Shown here one piece after another: positions 28,870-42,234 of a DNA stretch of 64,000 bases. The number at the start of each line of letters is the position of its first letter. The first letter of the stretch is position 1. The translations under genes were made by a program, and so were the position numbers. The DNA is from Macrostomum lignano (lineage: Eukaryota): assembly GCA_002269645.1 (NCBI GenBank), contig NIVC01000850.1, forward strand, positions 335,904 through 399,903, written 5' to 3'. The notes below the pieces were generated by a model. It did no database searches and was not told the origin of the DNA. It saw only the letters and a list, made by a program, of their open reading frames with translations.

Positions 28870-29084
28870 GTAGCTAAAATAAAAACCGGAAGGGACCGCG
28901 TGCAGGATGGTGCGGGTGGGGGGGTCTCAGGCAGTGCGGCACTTTTCAGTGCAAATTGTTTGGCCTCAAAATATTGCGCTCTTTTTGCCTCTCTGCTGTT
29001 GTACCCTCTCATATGGGTCATCGCTTCCCTGCTTTTATTGCCCTCTGTCTCTGCTGTCACGTATCTGTTTATGCCTGTCTGAGT

Positions 29085-29385
<301 letters not shown>

Positions 29386-29799
29386 ATTGCATTCGCCAGA
29401 CAAAGAAGGATCGGACAGCATGCATATGATGACACAACAATGATAGATATATCAATAGTAATAGCATGCCTCAATAGAAAATAGTTATCCCCAACGCAGA
29501 CTCAACGAATAAGCTCAAGTTCTCCAGCAATAGCAAATTATCCTGAAAAGCTAGTAGTCAGCCCGTCCATTCCCTCCAGCGGCCATAAATTTATAGCTTT
29601 TTTAGCTTCAAATTGCTCCGCTGAGCTACCGCGTGAGCTGGGGTTCCCTTTGTCTACCAAAACCGCTCTCACAGTCAGTTACAATATTAGCCAGTGGCAA
29701 GTTGGTGCAAAGCTGACACCAAGCCTCAATGCCGCGTGTTCATAAATCATTTTTCTTCAGATCTGCTGGCGGGGGTCGCCGCGCTTGGTGTTGAGGGTT

Positions 29800-29934
<135 letters not shown>

Positions 29935-30879
29935 GGATCCTAGTATTTATATATTGTGACAATACAATGCAAACTATTGCAATACGAGGTACCTATCGAT
30001 AGATCCTCATATTATCTTGTTAACAATTATATGCATTTTAGCACTAATGCTTTTTGTTTTATCTGCCGGCTTGCCGAGCCAATTAATTATTAATTAGTCC
30101 GCATACTTTTGACACTATACAGTCTTAGAAAAATATTAGGTGTAACTTAGCGCTAATCATGAATGCCTAATAGATACCTATGTAGGCCTAATAGCTAGCT
30201 ATGAATACCTAATAGACATCTATGAATGCCTAATAGACATCTAATAGGCATTATATGTCTATTAGCATTTTGCATTCCAGAGGCATTAGACTTTCAGCCT
30301 AATAAACTAATGTACTTTTGGGCGTCAAAAGTTGGCCTGAGCGCATATTATATATCATATCCAAAGGTTCCGCCATCTGACAGCTGTCAAGCCAACCGTG
30401 AACCCCTTCATCAATCCATCAGTGCACTGACAAGGGAAAGTAAGCCATGCCATCTTAAACCGGGCGATTCTTTTTTGACATTTTATCTGCTCAAAAAATT
30501 GCTCATTGAGAGCAGCTTTGGGGTGTAAAGGGGAGTTAGCCTATCAAATCCTATTGATCAGTTGATCATAGTTTGAGCTGCTGCAACTGCCTACCTATAA
30601 CCTAGCACGTTGGTTCCTTCCGCTCTCCGCTCAGTGCAGCCTCTCTTACCTGCATTGTGGAAAATCAGACAGAGCGGAGCCAGGAGATGCCGCCAGGTTT
30701 TTCTTGCTGGCAAAAGGCAATTGAGAGCAAAGGCGTTTTGACGTAAGAAAGGAAATCACTGATTATAATTGTAGTGCCGTCCTTGATAGATTTCTGGTTG
30801 CAACTTCAACATGGAGTTGTCGCTGTCTTTAAACTTCAGATTGCAGCAGATTTTTCCTTGCTTTGGCTAACCTAATCTT

Positions 30880-31130
30880 TAGATTTCTGCTTTTAGGATT
30901 TCTGCTTTTAGGATTGGATGCTTTTACCCTCGTAGATTTCTACTTTTAGGATTTCTGATTTAGGATTTCTGCTTTCATATTTCTGCTTTCAGATTTCTGC
31001 TCTTAGGATTGCAAGCCTTCAGATTTCTGCTTTTAGGATTGCATGCTTTTAGATTTCTGCTTTTAGGATTGCATGCTTTTAGATTTCTGCTTTTAGGATT
31101 TCTGCTTTTAGTTTTCTGCTTCTGCTTTCA
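30880..31130. repeat. ~15-bp degenerate array GATTTCTGCTTTTAG
   Basis: Read directly. Confidence 0.85.
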
Positions 31131-32159
31131 GTGTCTATTTGTGTTTTTTGAATTTTTTAGATTTTACATACTATCAGATTGTTGAATTTCGATGCTGGAG
31201 TTTCTGCTTTTAAATTTGGCATTTTACGAGGCACAGGATTGTCTTGTATGAAATGTTTCGATTTAAACATATCTTCTTTCGCTTGCGCAAAGTTCTGCTT
31301 TCAAACTTCCAAGCAGTCATATCAAGAAATAGCGCTGATAACTGTAATCAGTGCGACGGTTGGATGCCCTGTGATGTCGCACCATTTCATAGCTCAGTCT
31401 CAATATCACTAATCTTTCATCTTGTAATTAGCATTATAGCGAACCAAATAGGAAAATATTTTAACCGATGAGTCACCATCTGATTAGCATAATTAAGCAC
31501 TAGAGAGTATATAGAAATCCCATGCAATCAGCTGATTTTAGTATCAGTTTCTCCCTAATGTTTTTGCCGCCGGGGATGCGAGGGCACTAATCCCTCGCGG
31601 CTTTGGCTGGCAACGATAAAAACTGTAAAAAATCGAAAGCCGTCACAGTCGCGCAGGCCCATTATCAACTGGGGTGTTCCTCTACCCCCAGTTTTCTAGG
31701 AAAGCTCTGGGAAAAAAGCTGACCAATATGTAGAAAGCGACATCACGGAGGGATCAATTTATGCGACAAAGCAGCTGTGAGGGAGAGAAGATAATGAAAG
31801 TCTGAGGGGGGGGGGGGGTTGGGGCTGCAGTGAGTAAGCCAAAGGATGCTGATGGAGTCGATGCTCAAGTCGAATTCCAGTTACGCATCATGCCCAAACT
31901 CGAACTGGCGGATTGGAAAGACAATTGCGTAATCGGAAGGGTGAGGTGGTTGGGTTGGGGGGAGGATTTTCCCGATGCTCGAGTGACCGCAGATAACACG
32001 CCGGGGGATCCAAGATTACTCGATGGGTGACGGAGGCTGAGGCGCAGTGCAGGAATTGATTGAATTGCAAATGCCAAAAATTAGAATTGCCTAATTCTTG
32101 GGGAATATAATTTGCTTAGAAAAACTACAGACTGATGACATTGGACCGCCCGCGTTATT

Positions 32160-32425
32160 CCCTCCGGAATCCCCTTCTTTTCCATCGGAATCCGCCCCAT
32201 TCCCTCCGGAATCCACCCCTATTTACTCTGGAATCCGCCCCTCATTTTCATCCGAAATCCGCCCCTTTTGCTCTGGAATCCTCCCCTCATTCCCTCCGGA
32301 ATCCGCCTCTCATTTCCTCCGGAATCCGCCTCTCATTTCCTCCGGAATCCGTCCCTCATTTCCTCCGGAATCCGCCCCTCATTTCCTCCGGAATCCGCCC
32401 CTCATTTCCTCCGGAATCCGCCCCT
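32160..32425. repeat. 23-bp array CCGGAATCCGCCCCTCATTTCCT
   Basis: Period 23; ends ~85 nt before exon 2. Confidence 0.9.
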
Positions 32426-32511
32426 CCTACCCACTCCTCCTAATCCACACTAATCCACCTAATCACACACTCTAATCACTTCAATTCACTCCTAAATCGC
32501 CAAACCCACAG

Positions 32512-32820
32512 CTGACTGCCACGGACGAAGACAAGAACCATGACTTCAAATTCGCGCTGGAAACCACCACTCCGGAGGAAGCCAGGCGCCATTTTGGGGT
32601 GCAGCCCAGCGGCCGGGTGGTTGTGCTTAATTCGCTGGATTACGAGTTTCAGCGCCAGTTTAATCTGCACCTCAAAGTTTACGAGGGCGAACTGACAGAC
32701 ACAGCGATTCTGAAAGTGACAGTCACCGATGTCAACGACAACCCGCCGCAGTACAAGGAGACCGCGCCACTGGAGCTCGATGAGGAGAGCAAATCAGGCG
32801 TTATGGTCGGAGAAGTGCAG
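32512..32820 (+). CDS. Pcdh: Protocadherin exon 2: rest of EC3, start of EC4
   Basis: Acceptor CCACAG|; reads LTATDEDKNHDF...LDYEFQ...VTDVNDNPPQY, continuing GATIFN from exon 1; donor CAG|GTGCGT at 32821. Confidence 0.92.
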
Positions 32821-32839
32821 GTGCGTGCCGTCCCAGACC

Positions 32840-33530
32840 TTGCCATTCCCGAATCTTCCATTCCCGAATCTGCTATTTCTGAATCTGCCATTTCTGAATC
32901 TGTCATTCCCGAATCTGCTATTTCTGAATCTGCCATTCCCGAATCTGCTATTTCTGAATCTGCCATTCCCGAATCTTCCATTCCCGAATCTGCTATTTCT
33001 GAATCTGCCATTCCCGAATCTGCCATTCCCGAATCTGCCATTCCCGAATCTGCCATTCCCGAATCTGCCATTCCCGAATCTGCCATTCCCGAATCTACCA
33101 TTCTCGAATCTGCCATTCCCGAATCTGCCATTCCCGAATCTGCCATTCCCGAATCTGCCATTCCCGAATCTGCCATTCCCGAATCTGCTATTACCGAATC
33201 TGCGATCCCAAATTAGAATTTCTGTCATTCCCGAATCTGCCATTCCCGAATCTGCCATTCCTGAATCTGCCATTTTTAAATCTGCCATTCCTGAATCTGC
33301 CATTCCCGAATCTGCCATTCCCGAATCTGCCATTCCCGAATCTGCCATTCCCGAATCTGCCATTCCCGAATCTGCCATTCCCGAATCTGCCATTCCCGAA
33401 TCTGCCATTCCCGAATCTGCTATTTCTGAATCTGCCATTTCTGAATCTGTCATTCCCGAATCTGCTATTTCTGAATCTGCCATTCCCGAATCTGCCATTC
33501 CTGAATCTGCCATTCCCGAATCTGCCATTC
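32840..33530. repeat. 15-bp array GAATCTGCCATTCCC filling protocadherin intron 2
   Basis: Period 15; runs into the 3' splice site. Confidence 0.96.
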
Positions 33531-33535
33531 CGCAG

Positions 33536-34220
33536 GTGTCGGACCGGGACTCCGGCGAAGGCGGCCGGTTCGAATGCGAAACGGCTTCCCAGCATTCAAA
33601 CTCGGAATCCCGTTTGAAGTTCGTCCAGAACCCGGACAGCGGTCCGGGCTATTACAAAATCTTCGCCATGGCAATCATCGACCGCGAAGTAGATCCCACC
33701 GTCACCGGCACTCTCACCTGCTGGGACCTGGGTCAGCCCCGGCTCACCAGCACCTTCACCGCCACAGTCGTCATCCGGGATAAGAATGACAACTCGCCCG
33801 TGTTCAACAACGTCGGTTCCACCGGAGTCATCCAGGCGGAGCTCTCCGAGAACAACGAAGCGAATAAAAAATTCTATCAGCTGTCAGCCAGCGACATGGA
33901 TGAAGGCGAGAACTCCCGCCTGACCTACAGACTGGCGGCGGGATCGCGTCACTCGGACATCTTCTCGATTGAACCGGACACCGGCTTCATTCTGGCGAAG
34001 GTTCCACTGGACAGGGAGCTGAAGGACAGCTACGAGCTGCTGGTGGTGGCCTCCGACAACGGATATGAGCCAAGAAGCGGCTCGGCTACAGTTCGAGTTC
34101 AGGTGAAGGATGAGAATGACAACCCGCCCCGGTTCACCAGCCAGGTTGGCTTTCAGATTGAAGAGAATCAGGAGCCTGGGCAGGTGCTGGGGCGCCTGAC
34201 TGCGGAGGATCCCGATCTTG
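33536..34220 (+). CDS. Pcdh: Protocadherin exon 3: EC4, EC5, start of EC6
   Basis: Acceptor CCGCAG|; VSDRDSGEGG, IDRE, DKNDNSPVF, SASDMDEGENSRLTY, LDRE, DENDNPPRF, TAEDPDL; donor G|GTGAGC at 34221 (phase 1). Confidence 0.95.
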
Positions 34221-34299
34221 GTGAGCAATTGCAGTGCCGAATCTGACATCTCGAGAAAAAATTGAAATCCCAAATATCAAAATCCTGAAGCTAGAATCT

Positions 34300-34736
34300 T
34301 GAATCCAAAATCCCAAATCCCGAATCTAGAATCCCGAATCCCGAATCCCGAATCCAGAATCCCGAATCTAGAATCCTGAATACAGAATCCCGAATCCCGA
34401 ATCTAGAATCCCGAATCTCGAATCTAGAATCCCGAATCCCGAATCTAGAATTTCGAATCCCGAAACTAGAATCCCGAATCCCGAATCTAGAATCCCGAAT
34501 CTAGAATCCCGAATCCCGAATCCAGAAACCAGAATCCAGAATCCCGAATCCCGAGTCTAGAATCCTGAATACAGAATCCCGAATCCCGAATCTAGAATGC
34601 CGAATCTAGAATCCTGAATACAGAATCCCGAATCCCGAATCTAAAATCCCGAATCCCGAATTTAGAATCCCGAATCCCGAATCTAAAACCCCGAATCTAG
34701 AATCCCGAATCCCGAATCCTGAATCCAGAATCCCGA
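34300..34736. repeat. 7-bp array GAATCC(C/A)/GAATCTA filling intron 3
   Basis: Read directly. Confidence 0.93.
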
Positions 34737-34779
34737 AATGACGCATCTAAAATCCTTGGTCTCCAACTTCGCCACTCAG

Positions 34780-35285
34780 GTCCCGCCGGCCAGGTGCAAT
34801 TCCTGCAGCTCAACAGCCGCTACAGGCACCTGTTCACTCTCGACGAAGGCGGCACCCTTCGCACCAACGCCAAGTTCGACCGCGAGGCCGTATCGTCCTA
34901 CACAATCCAGGTTCGAGCTCAGGACCGTGGCAGTCAGCCTCTTAAGACAGATCGCGAAGTTGTGATTCGAATCCTAGACGTGAACGATCAAGCACCGGTG
35001 ATTGTCTCACCTGGCAACAATAGCCAGCCAACGAAGATTAGCATCTACACTCACCGGGTGGGCTCGCTGGTGATGCGAGTTCGAGCTGAGGACGGAGATG
35101 ACGGTCTCAACGGCCAGATCGTGTACAGCCTCACGCAGCAGCAGGCCAGGAACAAGTTCAGCATCGACGCCAGCACTGGGGAAATTCGAGTGGCCCAACC
35201 GCTTGACTTGGCTGACCTGAACCGCTACAAACTCATGGTGCAGGCCAGAGACTGCGCCCCAACCAATCCCAAGTCAGAGGCCAAG
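34780..35285 (+). CDS. Pcdh: Protocadherin exon 4: EC6 and most of EC7
   Basis: Acceptor ACTCAG| (phase 1); FDRE, AQDRG, LDVNDQAPVI, AEDGDDGLNGQIVY, FSIDASTGEI; donor AAG|GTGAGT at 35286. Confidence 0.94.
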
Positions 35286-35329
35286 GTGAGTCGCTTGAAA
35301 TTGTGAAGAGCCACAGCGTTTCTTCAGTG

Positions 35330-35945
35330 ACAGATTCGCCATTTCCGCCCCCAATGAAACAAAAACCTCCGTTCCTTCAGTGCCACATCCGCCATTTCCA
35401 CCCCAATGAAACAACAACCTCCGTTTCTTCAGTGCCACATCCGCCATTTCCACCCCAATGAAACAACAACCTCCGTTTCTTCAGTGCCACATCCGCCATT
35501 TCCACCCCAATGAAACAACAACCTCCGTTTCTTCAGTGCCACATCCGCCATTTCCACCCCAATGAAACAACAACCTCCGTTTCTTCAGTGCCACATCCGC
35601 CATTTCCACTCCAATGAAACAACAACCTCCGTTTCTTCAGTGCCACATCCGCCATTTCCACCCCAATGAAACAACAACCTCCGTTTCTTCAGTGCCACAT
35701 CCGCCATTTCCACCCCAATGAAACAACAACCTCCGTTTCTTCAGTGCCACATCCGCCATTTCCACTCCAATGAAACAACAACCTCCGTTTCTTCAGTGCC
35801 ACATCCGCCATTTCCACTCCAATGAAACAACAACCTCCGTTTCTTCAGTGCCACATCCGCCATTTCCACCCCAATGAAACAACAACCTCCGTTTCTTCAG
35901 TGCCACATCCGCCATTTCCACCCCAATGAAACAAAAACTTCCGTT
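35330..35945. repeat. 52-bp minisatellite, ~12 copies
   Basis: CCCCAATGAAACAACAACCTCCGTTTCTTCAGTGCCACATCCGCCATTTCCA; period 52. Confidence 0.95.
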
Positions 35946-36630
35946 CCCTCAGCGACAGATCTGATCAATTCAGATCACTTTATAAACAATCTTCGAAGGC
36001 GCGAGTTTCTGATCAGATTTCATTCTCGAGGACCAAATTCCTACAGAAAAATGCAAATAGCACAAGAATTCCAAACTCTTATTCGTATAAAGGATACTGA
36101 CCACTCGAAAGCATTCCTTTCTCTATTAGTCAATTCATAAATCATTGAACAGAAATATTTTGGTCAAGCGGTCTTCGCTTTTAGATAAATCTCCGATCAT
36201 GAACCCCCTGAATGGAAACTTAGGAGAGATTTTTTTACGTTAAATTGCGTAACTTTGACGAGCAACCACCCCGCTGGCTGCCTGCCTCCCTGCCTCATCC
36301 TTCTTGAATTCCACAATCTGCCTTCCATGAGTGTCCAGCATTCCTACTATGCAATGCCAGTTGCGCAACAAATACTTCTACTCAGCCTCTTGAGCACGTC
36401 CATATACGACACACGAGTGCGCGCCTGTGTATTGTCTGAGAAAACAATGCGCGAAATGAGCATGCAGCAACGAACCCCTTAACGAACGACGTTCTGAAGC
36501 AGTCAGTCTAGGCAACGAAAACTTTATTTTACCTGGAAGTTAAGTCTGCTTTCTAAAGAATTATGAAATAAAGCTTTTGTTGCCTTTAAATTTGTGGCGA
36601 AAAGTGACGTCAATGTTGGTGCGATGCTCA

Positions 36631-38925
36631 AGAGGTGACATCAGACTTGTGGAATCCATCAGAAGTGACATCAGACTTGTGGATCCTTCAGAAGTGACAT
36701 CAGACTTGTGGAATCCATCAGAAGTGACATCAGACTTGTGGAATCCTTCAGAAGTGACATTAGACTTGTGGAATCCTTCAGAAGTGACATCAGACTTGTG
36801 GAATCCATCAGAAGTGACATCAGACTTGTGGAATCCTTCAGAAGTGACATCAGGCTTGTGGAATCCTTCAGAAGTGACATCAGGCTTGTGGAATCCTTCA
36901 GAAGTGACATTAGACTTGTGGAATCCTTCAGAAGTGACATCAGACTTGTGGAATCCTTCAGAAGTGACATCAGGCTTGTGGAATCCTTCAGAAGTGACAT
37001 CAGGCTTGTGGAATCTTTCAGAAGTGACATCAGGCTTGTGGAATCTTTCAGAAGTGACATCAGACTTGTGGAATCCTTCAGAAGTGACATCAGGTTTGGG
37101 GAATCCTTCAGAAGTGATATCAAGCTTGTGGTATCCTTCAGAAGTGACATCAGACTTGTGGAATCCTTCAGAAGTGACATCAGACTTGTGGAATCCTTCA
37201 GAAGTGACATCAGACTTGTGGAATCCTTCAGAAGTGACATCAGGTTTGGGGAATCCTTCAGAAGTGACATCAGACTTGTGGAATCCTTCAGAAGTGACAT
37301 CAGACTTGTGGAATCCATCAGAAGTGATTCCAGACTTGCGGAATCCATCAGAAGTGACATCAGGCTTGTGGAATCCATCAGAAGTGACATCAGACTTGTG
37401 GAATCCTTCAGAAGTGACATCAGGCTTGTGGAATCCATCAGAAGTGACATCAGGCTTGTGGAATCCATCAGAAGTGACATCAGACTTGTGGAATCCTTCA
37501 GAAGTGACATCAGGCTTGTGGAATCCATCAGAAGTGACATCAGACTTGTGGAATCCATCAGAAGTGACATCAGACTTGTGGAATCCTTCAGAAGTGACAT
37601 CAGACTTGTGGAATCCTTCAGAAGTGACATCAGACTTGTGGAATCCTTCAGAAGTGACATCAGGCTTGTGGAATCCATCAGAAGTGACATCAGACTTGTG
37701 GAATCCATCAGAAGTGACATCAGACTTGTGGAATCCTTCAGAAGTGACATCAGACTTGTGGAATCCTTCAAAAGTGACATCAGGCTTGTGGAATCCATCA
37801 GAAGTGACATCAGACTTGTGGAATCCATCAGAAGTGACATCAGACTTGTGGAATCCATCAGAAGTGACATCAGGCTTGTGGAATCCATCAGAAGTGACAT
37901 CAGACTTGTGGAATCCATCAGAAGTGACATCAGACTTGTGGAATCCTTCAGAAGTGACATCAGACTTGTGAATCCTTCAGAAGTGACATCAGACTTGTGG
38001 AATCCTTCAGAAGTGACATCAGGCTTGTGGAATCCATCAGAAGTGACATCAGACTTGTGGAATCCATCAGAAGTGACATCAGACTTGTGGAATCCATCAG
38101 AAGTGACATCAGACTTGTGGAATCCTTCAGAAGTGACATCAGACTTGTGGAATCCATCAGAAGTGACATCAGACTTGTGGAATCCTTCAGAAGTGACATT
38201 AGACTTGTGGAATCCTTCAGAAGTGACATCAGGCTTGTGGAATCCATCAGAAGTGACATCAGACTTGTGGAATCCATCAGAAGTGACATCAGACTTGTGG
38301 AATCCATCAGAAGTGACATCAGACTTGTGGAATCCATCAGAAGTGACATCAGACTTGTGGAATCCTTCAGAAGTGACATCAGACTTGTGGAATCCATCAG
38401 AAGTGACATCAGACTTGTGGAATCCATCAGAAGTGACATCAGACTTGTGGAATCCATCAGAAGTGACATCAGGCTTGTGGAATCCATCAGAAGTGACATC
38501 AGACTTGTGGAATCCATCAGAAGTGACATCAGACTTGTGGAATCCTTCAGAAGTGACATCAAACTTGTGGAATCCTTCAGAAGTGACATCAGACTTGTGG
38601 AATCCTTCAGAAGTGACATCAGACTTGTGGAATCCATCAGAAGTGACATCAGACTTGTGGAATCCATCAGAAGTGACATCAGACTTGTGGAATCCATCAG
38701 AAGTGACATCAGACTTGTGGAATCCATCAGAAGTGACATCAGACTTGTGGAATCCTTCAGAAGTGACATCAGACTTGTGGAATCCATCAGAAGTGATATC
38801 AGACTTGTGGAATCCATCAGAAGTGACATCAGACTTGTGGAATCCTTCAGAAGGGATATCAGGCTTGTGGAATCCTTCAGAAGTGATTCCAGACTTGCGG
38901 AAGCCTTCAGAAGTGAAATTGAACT
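36631..38925. repeat. 30-bp minisatellite GAAGTGACATCAGACTTGTGGAATCC(T/A)TCA, ~76 copies
   Basis: Period 30; single 1-nt deletion near 37969. Confidence 0.97.
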
Positions 38926-39292
38926 CGTGGAACCTACTGAAGACAATTCTTGACAACTTAATTAGAGAAAAGAAGACATGAATTTTCAACGCCAAAACTA
39001 TTGCGTGAGGCATTGATAAAAATCTTATAATTCAAAATTGATAATTATTGCCATATCTTGCAAATCCCCTGGGTTCTTGACCGGATGCTAAGTTAATTAA
39101 AACCACCGATCCGATAAGAAGGACTGGGAGGGTTGAAAAAGTCTTTCATCGCCAATCATGGCTTTTTTGCTTCTAAAATTTGAGCTTCTCATTTCCGCTT
39201 TTGATGCCAGTGTGAGAACAAAGGCTGTGATAGTCCGAGTTGAGCCTCGTTAGGGGCACTGCGAATTCGAAATACATTTACTATTCTTTTTA

Positions 39293-41146
39293 CCAAAAAC
39301 AGGCTGTCTGTATCGCTAAAAACAGGCTGTCTGTATCGCGCTAAAAACAGGCTGTCTGTATTGCCAAAAACAGGCTGTCTGTATCGTGTCAAAAACAGGC
39401 TGTCTGTATCGCCAAAAACAGGCTGTCTGTATCGCAAAAACAGGCTGTCTGTATCGCAAAAACAGGCTGTCTGTATCGCCAAAAACAGGCTGTCTGTATC
39501 GCAAAAACAGGCTGTCTGTATCGCAAAAACAGGCTGTCTGTATCGCAAAAACAGGCTGTCTGTATCGCAAAAACAGGCTGTCTGCATCGCCAAAAACAGG
39601 CTGTCTGTATCGTGTCAAAAACAGGCTGTCTGTATCACCAAAAACAGGCTGTCTGTATCGCAAAAACAGGCTGTCTGTATCGCCAAAAACAGGCTGTCTG
39701 TATCGTGTCAAAAACAGGCTGTCTGTATCGCAAAAACAGGCTGTCTGCATCGCCAAAAACAGGCTGTCTGTATCGTGTCAAAAACAGGCTGTCTGTATCA
39801 CCAAAAACAGGCTGTCTGTATCGCAAAAACAGGCTGTCTGTATCGCCAAAAACAGGCTGTCTGTATCGTGTCAAAAACAGGCTGTCTGTATCGCAAAAAC
39901 AGGCTGTCTGCATCGTCAAAAACAGGCTGTCTGTATCGCAAAAACAGGCTGTCTGCATCGCCAAAAACAGGCTGTCTGTATCGCCAAAAACAGGCTGTCT
40001 GTATCGCCAAAAACAGGCTGTCTGTATCGTGTCAAAAACAGGCTGTCTGGATCGCCAAAAACAGGCTGTCTATATCACCAAAAACAGGCTGTCTGTATCG
40101 CAAAAACAGGCTGTCTGTATCGCAAAAACAGGCTGTCTGCATCGCCAAAAACAGGCTGTCTGTATCGTGTCAAAAACAGGCTGTCTGGATCGCCAAAAAC
40201 AGGCTGTCTGTATCGCAAAAACAGGCTGTCTGTATCGCAAAAACAGGCTGTCTGTGTCGCAAAAACAGGCTGTCTGCATCGCCAAAAACAGGCTGTCTGT
40301 ATCGTGTCAAAAACAGGCTGTCTGTATCGCCAAAAACAGGCTGTCTGTATCGCAAAAACAGGCTGTCTGTATCGCGCCAAAAACAGGCTGTCTGTATCGC
40401 CAAAAACAGGCTGTCTATATCACCAAAAACAGGCTGTCCATATCACCAAAAACAGGCTGTCCATATCACCAAAAACAGGCTGTCCATATCACCAAAAACA
40501 GGCTGTCCATATCACCAAAAACAGGCTGTCTGTATCGTGTCAAAAACAGGCTGTCTGTATCGTGTCAAAAACAGGCTGTCTGTATCACCAAAAACAGGCT
40601 GTCCATATCACCAAAAACAGGCTGTCTGTATCGTGTCAAAAACAGGCTGTCTGTATCGTGTCAAAAACAGGCTGTCTGTATCGTGTCAAAAACAGGCTGT
40701 CTGTATCGTGTCAAAAACAGGCTGTCTGTATCGTGTCAAAAACAGGCTGTCTGTATCGTGTCAAAAACAGGCTGTCTGTATCGTGTCAAAAACAGGCTGT
40801 CTGTATCGCAAAAACAGGCTGTCTGTATCGTGTCAAAAACAGGCTGTCTGTATCGTGTCAAAAACAGGCTGTCTGTATCGCCAAAAACAGGCTGTCTGTA
40901 TCGTGTCAAAAACAGGCTGTCTGTATCGCCAAAAACAGGCTGTCTGTATCGTGTCAAAAACAGGCTGTCTGTATCGCAAAAACAGGCTGTCTGTATCGTG
41001 TCAAAAACAGGCTGTCTGTATCGTGTCAAAAACAGGCTGTCTGTATCGTGTCAAAAACAGGCTGTCTGTATCGCCAAAAACAGGCTGTCTGTATCGTGTC
41101 AAAAACAGGCTGTCTGTATCGCCAAAAACAGGCTGTCTGTATCGCG
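39293..41146. repeat. 22-25-bp minisatellite CAAAAACAGGCTGTCTGTATCG(C/TGT)
   Basis: Read directly; length-variant units. Confidence 0.96.
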
Positions 41147-41844
41147 CCAATAACATTTTTATATGCTGCTTACATGAACGAGAGGTTATGCTCCCCTCCG
41201 GCCTAAGCATACAATTTTCGAGCACTAACAGACGGAATATTTAGCTAAGAGAATCGCAAGTGACAAGTGAAAAGAGTGACAACACTGTATCTTTGCATTC
41301 AGCCCATCAAATTAAAAGCAGAATATGGGTTATAGTAACTTTTCCTAGGAGGAGCAATTAGCTGATTGAGTTTAGGGGGGGGGGGTGGGTTATAGGAAGC
41401 CTTTTTGATCTCGCTGAAGCGTTGATAGCATTAGGTAGGTTGAGCAGTCAGACACTCAATCTTCCTCATCGCCTCTGTGAGTCTGATATCTATCTATGTG
41501 TCTATTTATCATCATCAATCTATTTGCGAGAATCGAGTTCCCTCTCGAGTATTGACAGCTGCTCTAGTTGTGTGAGTTTCTTCCTGACTCTTAGCTAGCG
41601 TGTTGAGCACTGTGTTGCTCTGGGCTACTTTTGATGCATATGGTTTAGCATATATAGACAATTCGATTTTAATAATTATAATCAACTAATTACCTTTCCC
41701 TGCCTGACCGAAATAAGAGGAATGATATATTACAGAATCTTGTACAACCATGGTTGATCTTGTACACTTGTGGTCTTATAATACAGGATCTTGTACATCC
41801 GTCACGATCGACTAATTTAATAGGATTGTGTACAACTTCTTGTA

Positions 41845-42200
41845 CACCCTATGCTCATTGTACATCTTGTACACTCTATGGGTCATCGTACATCTTATAC
41901 ATCCTATGCTCATCGTACATCTTGTACGCCCTATTCTCATCGTACATCTTGTACACCCTATGCTCATCGTACATCTTGTACGCTCTATGCTCATCGTACA
42001 TCCTGTACACCCTATGCTCATCGTACATCTTGTACGCCCTATGCTCATTGTACATCCTGTACATTCTATGCTCATCGTACATCTTGTACATCCTATGCTC
42101 ATTGTACATCCTGTACATTCTATGCTCATCGTACATCTTGTACATCCTATGCTCATTGTACATCCTGTACATTCTATGCTCATCGTACATCCTGTACACC
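41845..42200. repeat. 27-bp array CATCGTACATCTTGTACACCCTATGCT upstream of exon 5
   Basis: Period 27. Confidence 0.92.
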
Positions 42201-42234
42201 TTACATCGCCACTGTGCTCACCGAACGCGCGCAG

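Noticed and set aside
31830-32030. KDADGVDAQVEF resembles a cadherin DxDxGxN motif (possible alternative exon)
   Set aside because: No other cadherin motifs follow, the acceptor context is G-rich, and exon 1 already joins exon 2 seamlessly.
32729-34246. 505-aa ORF as a single CDS, or a coding ESAIP/NLPFP repeat insert
   Set aside because: Canonical splice sites at 32821 and 33535 restore a continuous cadherin repeat; the 715-nt insert is not a multiple of 3 and stops the exon 2 frame at 33216.
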